A stretch of 64,000 bases of DNA, taken from positions 28,770,001 to 28,834,000 of the forward strand of contig OZ076409.1 of the NCBI GenBank assembly GCA_964187785.1. Direction: 5' to 3'. A program made the translations under genes and the position numbers. Of this stretch, positions 12,710 through 24,010 are shown in pieces; the first letter of the stretch is position 1; each line of letters begins with the position of its first letter. This DNA is from Amphiscolops sp. MND2022. Its lineage: Eukaryota. The notes below the pieces were generated by a model. The model made no database searches. It had not been told where the DNA came from and worked only from the letters and a program-made list of their open reading frames with translations.

Positions 12710-13564
12710 ATGAGTGAAAAGAAGAAAGAAATTGCTAAAGAAATATTCTCTCCTGTAATCAAGAAGTTTCAAAGAATTCAAATACAAACTCACTATAAAG
12801 ATGAATGTTGGAGTATTGATCTGATAGACAGGTCTAGCTTAGCAAAATACAACAAAAACTACAAGTTTATTTTCACAATAATTGACAACCATACTAAATA
12901 CGCATGTGCGATTCCTCTTAAAGATAAGTCAGGAAAAAGTACAACAACTGCATTCAAGAAACTAATAGAAACTAGTGAAAGAAAACCACACAAAATATGG
13001 AGTGATAGAGGTAAAGAGTTTTACAACCAGACATTTCTACACTATTTAAACGAGCAAAACATTCAAATTTATTCAACGAATTCAGATTTGAAGGCTGTTT
13101 TTGTTGAACGTTTCAATAGAACACTTCTGGACTTAATTAAAGAACCCATGTACATTGAAGGTAAAGCTTGTTGGTTGAATCACCTTGATGCTGCAACGGA
13201 AAAATATAATAATCGTGTTCATGGTACAACAAAAATGACACCTTTTGAAGCTAATAATCAACCAATAGATCCACCTTCTTTTGTTAATAAACCGAAACAA
13301 CCCAAATTTCAAGTGGGAGACTATGTAAGAGTTCCTGATAAACGCAATTTATATAGTAAAGGTTATACAACAAATTGGAATAGAGAACTTTTTAAAATAC
13401 ATAAAATTAACAATACAAATCCCGTTACATATGGTTTAATAGATGAAAACAACGAACTAATAGAGGGCAAATCTTATGAACAAGAACTTTTAAGAAGTAT
13501 ATTCAATTTTAAATCTAAAAACAAAACGTTAGAAAGTATGAATATTTTCCATCGTTATGAGTAA
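12710..13564 (+). CDS. Polinton retroviral-like (rve) DDE integrase
   Basis: WSIDLID, WSDRGKEF and VERFNRTL catalytic triad; KFQVGDYVR...KGYTTNW C-terminal domain; uninterrupted 284-aa ORF. Confidence 0.95.
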   Translation: MSEKKKEIAKEIFSPVIKKFQRIQIQTHYKDECWSIDLIDRSSLAKYNKNYKFIFTIIDNHTKYACAIPLKDKSGKSTTTAFKKLIETSERKPHKIWSDRGKEFYNQTFLHYLNEQNIQIYSTNSDLKAVFVERFNRTLLDLIKEPMYIEGKACWLNHLDAATEKYNNRVHGTTKMTPFEANNQPIDPPSFVNKPKQPKFQVGDYVRVPDKRNLYSKGYTTNWNRELFKIHKINNTNPVTYGLIDENNELIEGKSYEQELLRSIFNFKSKNKTLESMNIFHRYE

Positions 13565-13581
13565 TTATACTTAAATAAATA

Positions 13582-14307
13582 ATGTCAATTCATAAATTTG
13601 ATTATAGTGCCGAGAGCCTACAAAAAGATAAGATTGAGAATCTTGAAAAAGAAATCGAATCACAAACCAAATTAATCATTATTGATCAAAACTTATTGAT
13701 ATGCAATGCACCATAAATGGTATGACTGATAACCTACAAAATACCGAAGGCGCCTTGCGTGTACAAGATAGTAATTTTGATGATGGTGAAACCAAGGTAG
13801 TAGTCAATGCAAAGTTATTCTTAGACATAAATAAAAATATGGAAGACTTGAAAATCAACATGAAGTACTTAGAACAAGATGTTAAAAAAAATTTTAGAGA
13901 AGAAAGAAGAAATAATTTTGGTTGCTGCCAAGTTTGTGGAAGAACAACAAACCATTTTACGTAATCATTTTGAGAGAAACCTTATTTCGAAATTGGAAAA
14001 ATGTAAAAATCAAGCAGTCAAAGATGTTATACAACTATTGTACAACAAAGGATTGTTTGACTCATTTGAAAATAAAGACCAAATATTTAATGAGTACTTA
14101 TATTTTAGTGATGAATACTTGTTGGAAAAATACGGAAAAGAAATAAAGACATCAGATGGTGTGTATTATTTATCTGATTTAGATTATTCAACGCGAGAAG
14201 ATATCGTGTATTCCCTAAAAATAGATGAATATAAAGATATTGTTGACCTTAAATATAGAATGAAACTAACAGATATTGAGATTAATTTTATACTTTTTGA
14301 AAACTAA
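13582..14307 (+). pseudogene. Hypothetical Polinton protein broken by frameshifts
   Basis: ATG 13582 plus overlapping ORFs 13701-13964 and 13879-14307 in successive frames; no recognised domain. Confidence 0.45.
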
Positions 14308-14361
14308 TTGGTAAAATTTAAACTAAATACTTTATAAAATTAGGTTTTTATTTAAAGTTAA

Positions 14362-14883
14362 ATGAGTGAAAAATTGTACTCATGTTTACAACCAAGTGAT
14401 AGTCTTGATTTGCGACTGAAAGAAATAAATAGTTTTAATAATTCATTTCAAAATATAAAAGATATTCAAAATTTTTTTTATCATGAAGCTAAAAAGTATA
14501 AAAAGAAATCTAAAATATATAAAATTATAAACGGTTTAATTCTATCTATTGATGGAGTTTCAGTACTAGCAGTATCATCAACATGTGTCACGTTGAGTGT
14601 CACAGGAGTTGGACTTGTTGTTGTACCTATAGCAAGTGGTATAGGTGCAGGTTTATGTATAATCAGTAAAATTGCTGGAGAGTACATGAAAAGAAAAGAA
14701 CAACACAATATTAAAAAATATACTCTTGCTGGTAGAACACTAAATGATTTCTGTAAACTACATTCAAAATGTTTAGAAGACAATAAAATTGATCTGAGTG
14801 AATACAACAAATTAAAACAAACTTACGATCTATATAAAACAAATAAAACTAAAATAAATTCTGAGTTTACTTTTTTAGGATAA
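14362..14883 (+). CDS. Two-transmembrane Polinton protein (173 aa)
   Basis: Basic helix, Gly/Ala/Val-rich hydrophobic hairpin (VTLSVTGVGLVVVPIASGIGAGLCII) and KCLEDNKIDLSEY tail; open ORF with a TAAATG start. Confidence 0.75.
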   Translation: MSEKLYSCLQPSDSLDLRLKEINSFNNSFQNIKDIQNFFYHEAKKYKKKSKIYKIINGLILSIDGVSVLAVSSTCVTLSVTGVGLVVVPIASGIGAGLCIISKIAGEYMKRKEQHNIKKYTLAGRTLNDFCKLHSKCLEDNKIDLSEYNKLKQTYDLYKTNKTKINSEFTFLG

Positions 14884-14944
14884 ATTTATTTAGTAAAAAT
14901 AAAATCAGTATAAAATTTAAATCCTAATTTTTATTCCTATTTAA

Positions 14945-15390
14945 ATGGAATTATTTTCATTGAAAAATAAATATGCTATGGAAAAACCTACTCATAAAAT
15001 TGATTTTATTAAATACTCACCTAGTAGTTTAGCTACAATCAACAATAATAATTCAAATACTTCCATCATCTTCCCAAGAGAAGATGCATATATTTGTTTA
15101 CAAAACTCATACATATCATTAGAATTTGAAGTTCCTTAAAAATGATGATACAAGATATGCAGATGGTGATCAAATAAGCTTGGTCAACTTTGGACCTGTT
15201 GCTTTATTTAGTGAAGTTAAGTTAACTACTAGTTCAGGTAAACATTTAGAAAAACTTGATAATCTACACCCAATTCCATTGATGTATAAACTTTTAACAT
15301 CTAATCAACGAACAAGTCAATTGATGTACGGATTTGAAGAATCACAAGCAACTAGAAGACAAGAACTAACAAACAATAAAACAGAAATTT
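14945..15390 (+). pseudogene. Major capsid protein (double jelly roll), N-terminal ~145 codons only
   Basis: YSPSSLATINN...PREDAYICLQNSYISLEFEV / LVNFGPVALFSEVKLTTSSGKHLE resembles a Polinton MCP N-terminus. Frameshift near 15135; ends abruptly in an AT tract. Confidence 0.72.
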
Positions 15391-15502
15391 ATTATATATA
15401 AATTTATATATATATATATAAATTTATAAAATGATATTTGAAAAATATAATACAGTTTCGCTGATCTTTGATAAATAAATTTATAAAACAATATATTTAT
15501 TT

Positions 15503-18500
15503 TTATAAAAGATGTGCTCGATCATTTATCAGTTTTAAAAGCTGTTGATGGGTTAGATTTTCTTTTTGGTACCAAATATTCAAATAAATTTCTCCATCTG
15601 TTTTCTTGCTACCGTCAACAATTATAGTTAAATCTTTATAATACAAACCAATTAATTTCAAACAATATATACAAGGACAATCTCCTTTTTGAGTGTGTTT
15701 ATCCCATGGTAAACTTTGTACTGGATTTATATACAAACGTTTATCGTCAAAAGGATTCAAAGCTAGTTTGTTTTGTTTTTCAACTGTAAGGTTGTGTAAA
15801 TTAGATCTAATTGATATATTTGTAGAACTTGATGTTTCTGAATTAAACAATGAATTTTTGTAGTGTTCACATTTGGGAGCTTTTTGTATTCCTTTTTGTT
15901 TGGCTTTTTGAGTGATACCATTCGGACTATTATAACCAAAAGAATACGACTGTGATCGCAATGCTGTGAAGGTATCTAACACCAAAACTGGACTTGTTTC
16001 AACTTTCATTTTTCCTATAACTTTCTTGTTAATAGGATTATATAATTCATGAGATTTGTGTAATTCACTGAAATCAAATACATCTTTGTTTTCTTGTAAA
16101 AAGTTTATTATTTCTTGGTTGTTTGTATCAAAACTCAGAATAAAACTATCAATATCCATGTAGTGTAGTTGTATGGCTTGTTTCCAATATGGTTGTAATT
16201 TGTTACAATAAAATTCATACATTAATAGTTTTGATAGTTCTAAAACTGTAAAACCTAAATAAATTGGTTTATCAAAGACTGTTTTTTCTTTATCAAACTT
16301 GTACACACTAAACTTAGAATAATGATCCACAATGCCTTTGAAACTTAACTTGGATTGTCTTTTTATTATTTGATCTATTTGAGAATGATCAGTGAATTCT
16401 AGATTGATTCTATCTCTTACATTTTCCATTGTCTTGCCGAAGAGAGCATTGTTCATTAATTTATAAAGATCCTTTTCAAAGTTTGTTTTCGCTACTGTGC
16501 GTTTTTTGGTGTTATGATCAATGTATTTTGCTAACCATGGACTTTGCTTGAAGCGGTAGATTGTATGTATCTTCGTTACTTTCATCCCTTGGTTAAGATA
16601 AAACTTAAACATCCTATAATGTATCATATATTTCGATTTATTGGTTACATCACACATAAGTTTTGATGTTGGTTTGTAATTAGGTTGATTTACATTGTTC
16701 ATATAAGCTGAGAATAAGTCTGGATCTGCTTTTGTTTAATACGGACAAAAAGGAAAGTTTTTTGTTTTTTCTTTAATTTCAACAGGATTTTCTAAATCAC
16801 ATTCTATGAAGTAACCATATTCATTATCATCAGGTATTTGTAATAAATCTTCTACTAATTGCTCTAGTATTAGTATTGACTCATTGCCCATCCATATAGA
16901 TTATTTGCATCGATATATAAGATTTGTTTATTTTCATCAGATTGCACGTGACGATCTCCCATTACACTTGAAATTCCTCCACGGATATTATTTTCAAGTA
17001 GTAGTAATAATTCTTTATCTTTTATAAAGTCTAACTTTATATTAGTCAACTTCAATCCTGCTTTCCATGTTTAACCAGGTAGAGAGTAACTATACAAAGG
17101 ATTAATTTTATATTCTCGTGTAGAACTTTCCACAAAGTTTTCGAATACATCAGTTAATTGAAGAACATCCTATTTTAAGTATAACATAGTTAATTGTTGT
17201 CCGTTCTTTATATTATTTTTATCAATTAATTCTTGGGTTCTATTTATATCATCATCTGATGGATAAGATTGTGTTAATGTTGACCAATAATCTTCTTTGG
17301 TTAGATTAAGTGGTTTATCAAAATTATCCAAGTTAAAAGGTTCATATGGATAAGCTAACTTCTTCTTAAATAATTTATCTATAAATCCATTTTCATCCAT
17401 TATCGGTAAGCTGTCTAAACTCTTAACTAATTTATCTAAACTACTACTTAGAAAACGGTATGAATCTAAGAATCTTAAGCAACCTACTTGAATTGATACA
17501 TAATTTTCCATTGACTTTGGGATTATTTTTGGTTCATACCCCTTTTCGAAAGCTTGCATTAAGAGTTCTTGAAATATAAGATGACAATCATACCCAGAAA
17601 AGTTATGGAAAAATATAGGAACAAAACTTGATGACCTTTGTTTACAATTTATGTTACATATTTTATGAGCTGCTCCTCTGTATTTTCCTGTTAGATGATC
17701 ATGATCTCTTACCTTATCTTCTGTAAAAAGCTCTTCGCAAAGCCAACACTCTTCTGTAAGTTTGAATGATTCTTCTTCTTGAGGAGTTATTTGTAATTCT
17801 AAGTTTGTTTTAAAATATTTATTTGCTTCTAGTTATAATTTTAACATTTCCTTTACAAACCACTTGGTACAATCTGTTCCAAAGTATGAATTATACTTGC
17901 TTTCAAATGGTGAAATTATATAATATCCTACTGTAATTGGAATTTGTTTAAATAATACTTTGGGGTTATTTTGAGGTTGATTAATACATTCAAAATCTGC
18001 AAATACTCTAATAGGTAAAGGTATTTTCATGTGATGGTCTTCAAATTTTAGATGATCTTTATAACTGAAACTGATTTTAGTTGGTTGTTGTTTTTGACAA
18101 CGGTCAATGTGTTGACTGAGAATATCCTCAGAACTAAATGCAGTTAGACATCTTCTACACACCCATTTCATGTGTGAATCCTTATTTAGTAAGCAATGCA
18201 ATTTTGTTATTAAGCAATAATGATTTTCAAATAGCAGCAAGTCAATTTGTGATTGTAAGTAATTTTTGGTAATATGAATTGGTGTTAAAACTGCTCCCGT
18301 GAGTTCAAAAACATTTACGTTTAAATTATTTAAGTTTTCGAACTTGGGAATATCTTTAATTTTCATGGGGAATTCTAAACCATTTAAAATGAGTTTGTTC
18401 GTGTGCATTGAATAACTTGATGTTCTATTTTTATGATCCTCAACGGGAAAAAGGTGTGCTAGGATGCACCACAGAAAGCAAAATTGATCATCATTTTTTA

Positions 18501-19213
18501 TATTTAAAATTGATTTATTATTCTTATACTTTTCTGGCAACTCAATGTATGAAGATGCTTGAATATCATTAATTTTATATGTTTCTAATATAACTTCTTC
18601 TATTTCTTGAAACACAAAACCTGATCCTTCTAATTGTTCATCATCTAGTTTCTGCATTAATGTGTTATGAGTATCTTGTTGTGTACCGGATTGCATGTGA
18701 TTATATATTAAATCTGATTTTATCCATCTTTTAAATACTTCTTCTTCTCCATTGACTATTTTTGAGAATTTAGCTAGATATCTCATTTGATATTTATATC
18801 GGAGAAAATAATTTTTACTAAGTAAGTCATTTATGTTATGTTCAAGATTTTCAGTTGGATTTATTTTAAGTTTAATGTATGTATTTTCATTCATAATTAT
18901 TTCTACTCCATTACCGAAAGTGTTTTGTATATTGTTTTGTTGACGGTTTTGACGGTTTTGTAAATGAGTTTCACTTTGGAAATGCCTTGTTTTATCAGAT
19001 ATATATCTATTACAATCTTCACACCAAACACGTCGTTGTTCGGTTTTATTTTTATGTTCATCTGAATTTAGATGACTAGACTTACCTGAATTTATTACAT
19101 TTAATTACATTTAATACATTTAATTTTTTTTGATGACCTATTGAATATATATGATCGGATTTATAAGCTTTTTTATAATCAGAATTACAGATACTACAAT
19201 TCTCCATTTCCAT
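15503..19213 (-). pseudogene. polB: Protein-primed family B DNA polymerase with N-terminal zinc fingers and an endonuclease VII-like insert
   Basis: ADFEC (ExoI), RDHDHLTGKYRGAAH, FFHNFSGYD (ExoII), FLDSYRF, IRGGIS, YIDANNLYG (motif A), KLMNNALFGKT (motif B), YMDIDS (motif C, normally DTDS), FDDKR. Several stops. Confidence 0.95.
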
Positions 19214-19399
19214 TTATTAAGGAAAAAATAGTTTAATTAAAATTTTTCAATATGTCTTTTTTTAAAAAAATGGAATTTTTTAAAATTTTTCTCACCTGTG
19301 GGTTCAAAATGAAAAAGTTTGTTAGAAACAAAATTTGTTCATATTTTGGATGTCTCCAATTTTAGTTACTGACTTTTCACGGTAGGACCAACCAGTCAC

Positions 19400-20075
19400 G
19401 AGTAAAATGAGAAAAACCCAATTTTCACACCTGTTTCATCACATGGTAATCAGTGTGTCCAAGAAACAGAAAACTTTCCTTCTGAAAAAAAAGTTTGTCT
19501 TGTTATTGTCTATAACTTTGATATTCTGCGTCGGCCTTGTAGGATGACTCAATTTCGAGAAAATTGGGAAAAACCCATTTTTCACACCTGTTGGGGCAGG
19601 TGGTAATCAGTGGGTTTTCAGTAACGAGCTGAAATTTGGTGGAGAGACTTATTTTCTGACGCCCTACATTTTTGGTCCTTTGAGTCATCACGCTAAGACT
19701 AACGGTTGAACGAGTTCCTTTGATCTTGCAAGTTTCAAGGTCAACCCTGATCTCAACACCTGTTCGGGTCACATACAAGCTGAGTATACCATAAGAAAGA
19801 TCATATATGAGAGTGGACCTAATTTACAAGTGTTACTGGTCTTACTCCAACCATTTCCGAGAAAATTGAGAAAAACCAATATTTTACACCTGTTGGGGCA
19901 GATGGTAATCAGTGGGTTAAAGATACAGAAAACGTCCTTGTTGAAAAAAGTGTATCATGCTATTGTCTACAATTTTGATCTCCTATGTCATTTCGCTGGG
20001 ATGAGTCAGTCTCGAGAATTTTGAGAAAAACCCCATTTTCACACCTGTTTTAGCACCTGGTAATTAGTGGGTTGA
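19400..20075. repeat. Four dispersed ~60-bp subterminal repeats in the Polinton right arm
   Basis: GAGAAAAACCC(A)TTTTCACACCTGTT...TGGTAATCAGTGGGTT-like units near 19408, 19565, 19868 and 20023. Confidence 0.8.
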
Positions 20076-20595
20076 TTTTAGAAAAAACGTTAAGAGACAA
20101 AATTTGTGTAACTTTTGATTATCTACAAGTTTTGTTTCTGTGAACTTTGTCTAAAATTGTTTTCCGTTGAGATATTAAACAAAAAATGTTTTCCCATGTA
20201 TTAAGATTAGGTATATTTCACTAAGTCATGAAATAACTTGCTTGGAAATTATACTCGGTGAAACAAAAATGCAAACCGAAATTCAAACCAAAACCAAAAC
20301 TCAAACCAAAACCAAAACTCAAATAATTTCAGAAATTATCAGAATTTCCGACTTGGTTTAAATGCTTTGATCTTTTTTCATGTTTCTCGAGTGTGGAATG
20401 TCACTTTGTCATCACTGCACACTTCACTGCAAAAATGAATTGAATTGCACATGTTACACTTTTAAGCCAGCGTTGCTGTAATTCATTCCAAAAAATTTTT
20501 GCTACACAAATTTTCTCTATTACCATAATGGAGGTTAGTGAATTTTTGCTTCATGACAAAATTGTTTATTAATAAATTTTGCTCATTGATTTTTA

Positions 20596-20761
20596 TTTTG
20601 TTAATTTTTAGTTGTGAAAAATGACTACTTTTTAGATGGTTTGCCTTGGTTATTTTTTAACAGTTAGTTGTGAAAAAAACGTTGATTTTTAAAAAAATAT
20701 TAATTAACATTTGTTTAAAAAATATATTTGACTGGCCCGAATCGGGAATTCGTATACTACT
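20596..20761 (-). repeat. Polinton right terminal inverted repeat
   Basis: Ends ...GACTGGCCCGAATCGGGAATTCGTATACTACT, followed by the TSD CATGTT. Confidence 0.93.
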
Positions 20762-21800
20762 CATGTTTAACGCCATTTTTGTTTTGCCATAAAGGCAACA
20801 GTTGATTCTCTCAAACCTAAATCCAGTGATTTTTTTTCAAGACTGTCCGCTAATGAGTTTTGCGTTGACAAGGTTTATCATTTCTTTGGAATGCCTTTTT
20901 AAAAAGTTCAATATGAACATTATTTGTATTGTAACTGGAAACGAGCAATCAATTCCAATAATGCAGTGTGAGATCTTCGAAAAATATTGATACGCTTTCC
21001 GCTGATAGGTCCTGCGCACATTATTTAGAGTGGCTCAAGACGTAGTGGATAAAATACCCAACTGCTTTTATTCTATGGAATCGAAACAGAGAGCTAGGCA
21101 TTTCAGATCAAGACTACAAATATTCAACCGCCGAAAGGAGTGACGTGCCGCTTCCTGACCAAATTCCAAGGCTTACAGGTATAACGGTTCCAAATGTATT
21201 GACAATTCCTCGCCTGAAAAGGGACTACAGTAGTGACTCTAGAAGAAGCAACATAAGGCAAATCTCAAAACCATCCTCTCAAAAACGGGAGTGCTTCTTG
21301 AAAATTAGTGAACGTTTTTTGTTAAAATTATTTTGATAACAAAAAAGTTTGACAGGGGTCAAAAATTCACAACAACTAAAAGAAATGATGTTTTGAATGT
21401 AACTTTCGATGAGTACAATGAACGCGTCAGACCTAATTAGCCAACGAGATTTGTTCATTTGCTTCCTTTCTGCGTGCCGAGTAAGTAGCTTCTTCTAAAA
21501 TCAGTACTCTAGTTATTTTCGTACCGGCTAATTTTTGAAAGAAGCGAAATATGACTTCTCTGAATGCATTACCCAGATTGACGATTCAATTTGACACTTG
21601 CGCACGAAAAGTATTTGTTCAGGCAAAATTAAAGGGTCGTGACTAACGCAAATTAATAATGTTACCTGCCCAACCTGCAAATGTTTGCGTTGGTTTTGTC
21701 TTCAACTTCCTCTATGTTGCACTGAAATCCGACAAAATGAATGGAAATGTTGAAAAATGCCTGAAGAATTACCGAAGCAGCATTAAATTTGTGAGCATGA

Positions 21801-22806
21801 TAACCCCTAGTTGAAACTGCAGGAACTTTTTACATGCTGCAGGCCAGCATGCAGGGTAATTTTTCATAAAAACTAGAAAATTCAGTGTACTTCGGGTGGT
21901 AAATCATGCACAATTACACTGCATTTTCCACTTCGGCAATTAAATTTGAAAATGAATTCCACTACATTACCGACCCGATCACTTTGTATTCACACTTTGT
22001 TTTCTCAACCTTGGTTGAAACTGCTTGAACTTTTTACATGTTTTTGTAGGTTACCAACCTAATTTTCCATGATTTTATAAAACTCTCAAAGAAACGTCCA
22101 TGCAACAAAACTTCACTGATTCGATTTAATTATATCAAGCTGCCTATAAAATGCATCCTGAAGTTGGCGGCAATTTTGCGCCGCAACGTTTCGCAGGTTT
22201 CATTTAGACGCCGTTCTAAGTTTGATTCATCAATTTTACCGCGCTTTCAATGCAAATGAACTTCAGTCACATTATAAGTTTCAAAGTAGCGTCATATTCA
22301 GCGTGCAATTTGACTAACGGTGATGACATAAGGTACATACTTGAGAAACTTACGCGTGAAAACAAAGTGATCGCGGCTGTGAAGAAGTGGCATTGTTTTC
22401 AGTTTTAATTGAAATAGTGGAAGCTGCATGTAAAAAGTTCAAGCAATCTCGACTATGGAACTACTCATCTGATGTGATCACCGGTTCTCAAATAGCACGC
22501 TAACTTGACGCTAATTTGCAGTTTATTACGATACTGAAGTTATTTTGCATTAAATTAGCGGTAAAACTGATATCAACTTATCTGCTTTCAAACTTATAAC
22601 TGCTGCTTAATGAAACCTGTAAAACTTCAAGGCTTAAAATTGCCGTCAAAACTTTGATTATTCTTTCAAGTTAAAGCTTGATAAAAGTTGAATAAAACGG
22701 AAATATTTCCACATGAAAGTTTCCGTAAGAGTTTTTAGAAAATCATAATAAAAGTTGCTGGCAACATTAAAGTACATTCAAAAAGTTCAAGCAGTTTTAA
22801 CACGGG
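21801..22806. mobile_element. Degenerate foldback/MITE-like element
   Basis: GTTGAAACTGC..GAACTTTTTACATG at ~21810 and ~22014, with inverted copies at ~22425 and ~22775. 22010-22290 is a diverged inverted copy of 22500-22806. Confidence 0.55.
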
Positions 22807-24010
22807 ACTTCACTTAGTAGCTTCCATAAACCTACGGCATTAATCTCACTCTCTAGAAAAGCGTGTATCAAATTTGAGCACTGCAACAATGACGTAACCC
22901 TAACGTATAGCCGGGAGTATAATGTCTTTCTTCCCTATGGTTGTTTTCCAATTTACTACTTTTATACTCCCAAGATGAATCCGTATCCATAAAATTCGAT
23001 GGCAAAATTTTTTCTAGAAATATGTTTTGAAGATATCAGAATATTTGACAGAAATAAAAACATTTTAAAATCTTCCAAAAATCTCCTCTCTAGATTTTCA
23101 GCTGTTTCATGCAAGCTTCAGACAACTTTCGAATGATTGTTGTCAAGATTTACATTTGAATAACATTAGCCAATGATGCTTGTATTTTTCAATAACCTAG
23201 AAGAATACATTTCCAATTTTAGTGACATTTGCTTACTTGAAGTTTTTTTTCGGAATAATCAGCGAAGCTTCAATTAACATCTACTTTACCTTTGATTAAC
23301 AGCTCCAATTTCACTTTTTTCCCAAGTTGAGACAGGCCGTGTCGATGACTTCGAACAAAGTTTTGCCTGAAACGCTTCTGTATGAACGTTATTGATACAG
23401 ACACGAAGCCATGCTTCGCAAACACTTGCAAAAAAATGGCGAAATTTTGAAGGGTAAACTAAATTAGCAATATTACATGGAGAACCAAGGGTTAAGGAGT
23501 CGGACTATTTTTCTACTAATTGATCATCTAAAAAAACAGCACAAACGACTGAATTCGTGTCCCGAAATGAGAATTGCTTCTTATCATCAAAGCTGCTTTT
23601 CAGATCGAAAGTCTAATTGTCATGCCAGCATGATGGAAATGTAATCTACTAAATATCTGTAATGTAAATATTATGTCTTATGTACTTAGATATGGGCAAT
23701 ATGATGTCATATAATAAGGGCCATGGTTGTGAGCAACCCTACGTTACTTGTACTTTAATCCCTTCCCCTTTTTGAGTGTGAGTTATATATATTTACTTAA
23801 TACTGAGCGCTCTAGTTCCGGTGTCCGCATAAATGATCTTGCCAGAATCTGGCCTTGAAAGTGCTATATTTCATAAATATTGGTTTGTCACGATAAGGGA
23901 GAGAAGTTTTCCGGTCAGACTGGACCGAAGAATATTGGAAGTAATGGAAAGTATAACTTCTACTAACTCCCCGCCTCAGAGTATGTAGTTGTGACAAATT
24001 CCATTAAATT

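Larger units (their letters stand above)
7259..20761. mobile_element. Polinton/Maverick (adintovirus-like) element with both ends intact, internally decayed
   Basis: AGTAGT...ACTACT termini; 6-bp TSD CATGTT (7253-7258, 20762-20767); TIRs; pPolB, rve integrase, A32-like ATPases, cysteine protease, major and minor capsid genes. Confidence 0.97.

Noticed and set aside
14481..14810. Minus-strand 109-aa hydrophobic ORF
   Set aside because: Antisense shadow of the 14362-14883 gene.
7259..20761. Prophage or bacterial contamination (dense, intronless, AT-rich genes)
   Set aside because: AGTAGT TIRs, a 6-bp TSD, rve integrase and pPolB identify a Polinton integrated in eukaryotic repeats.
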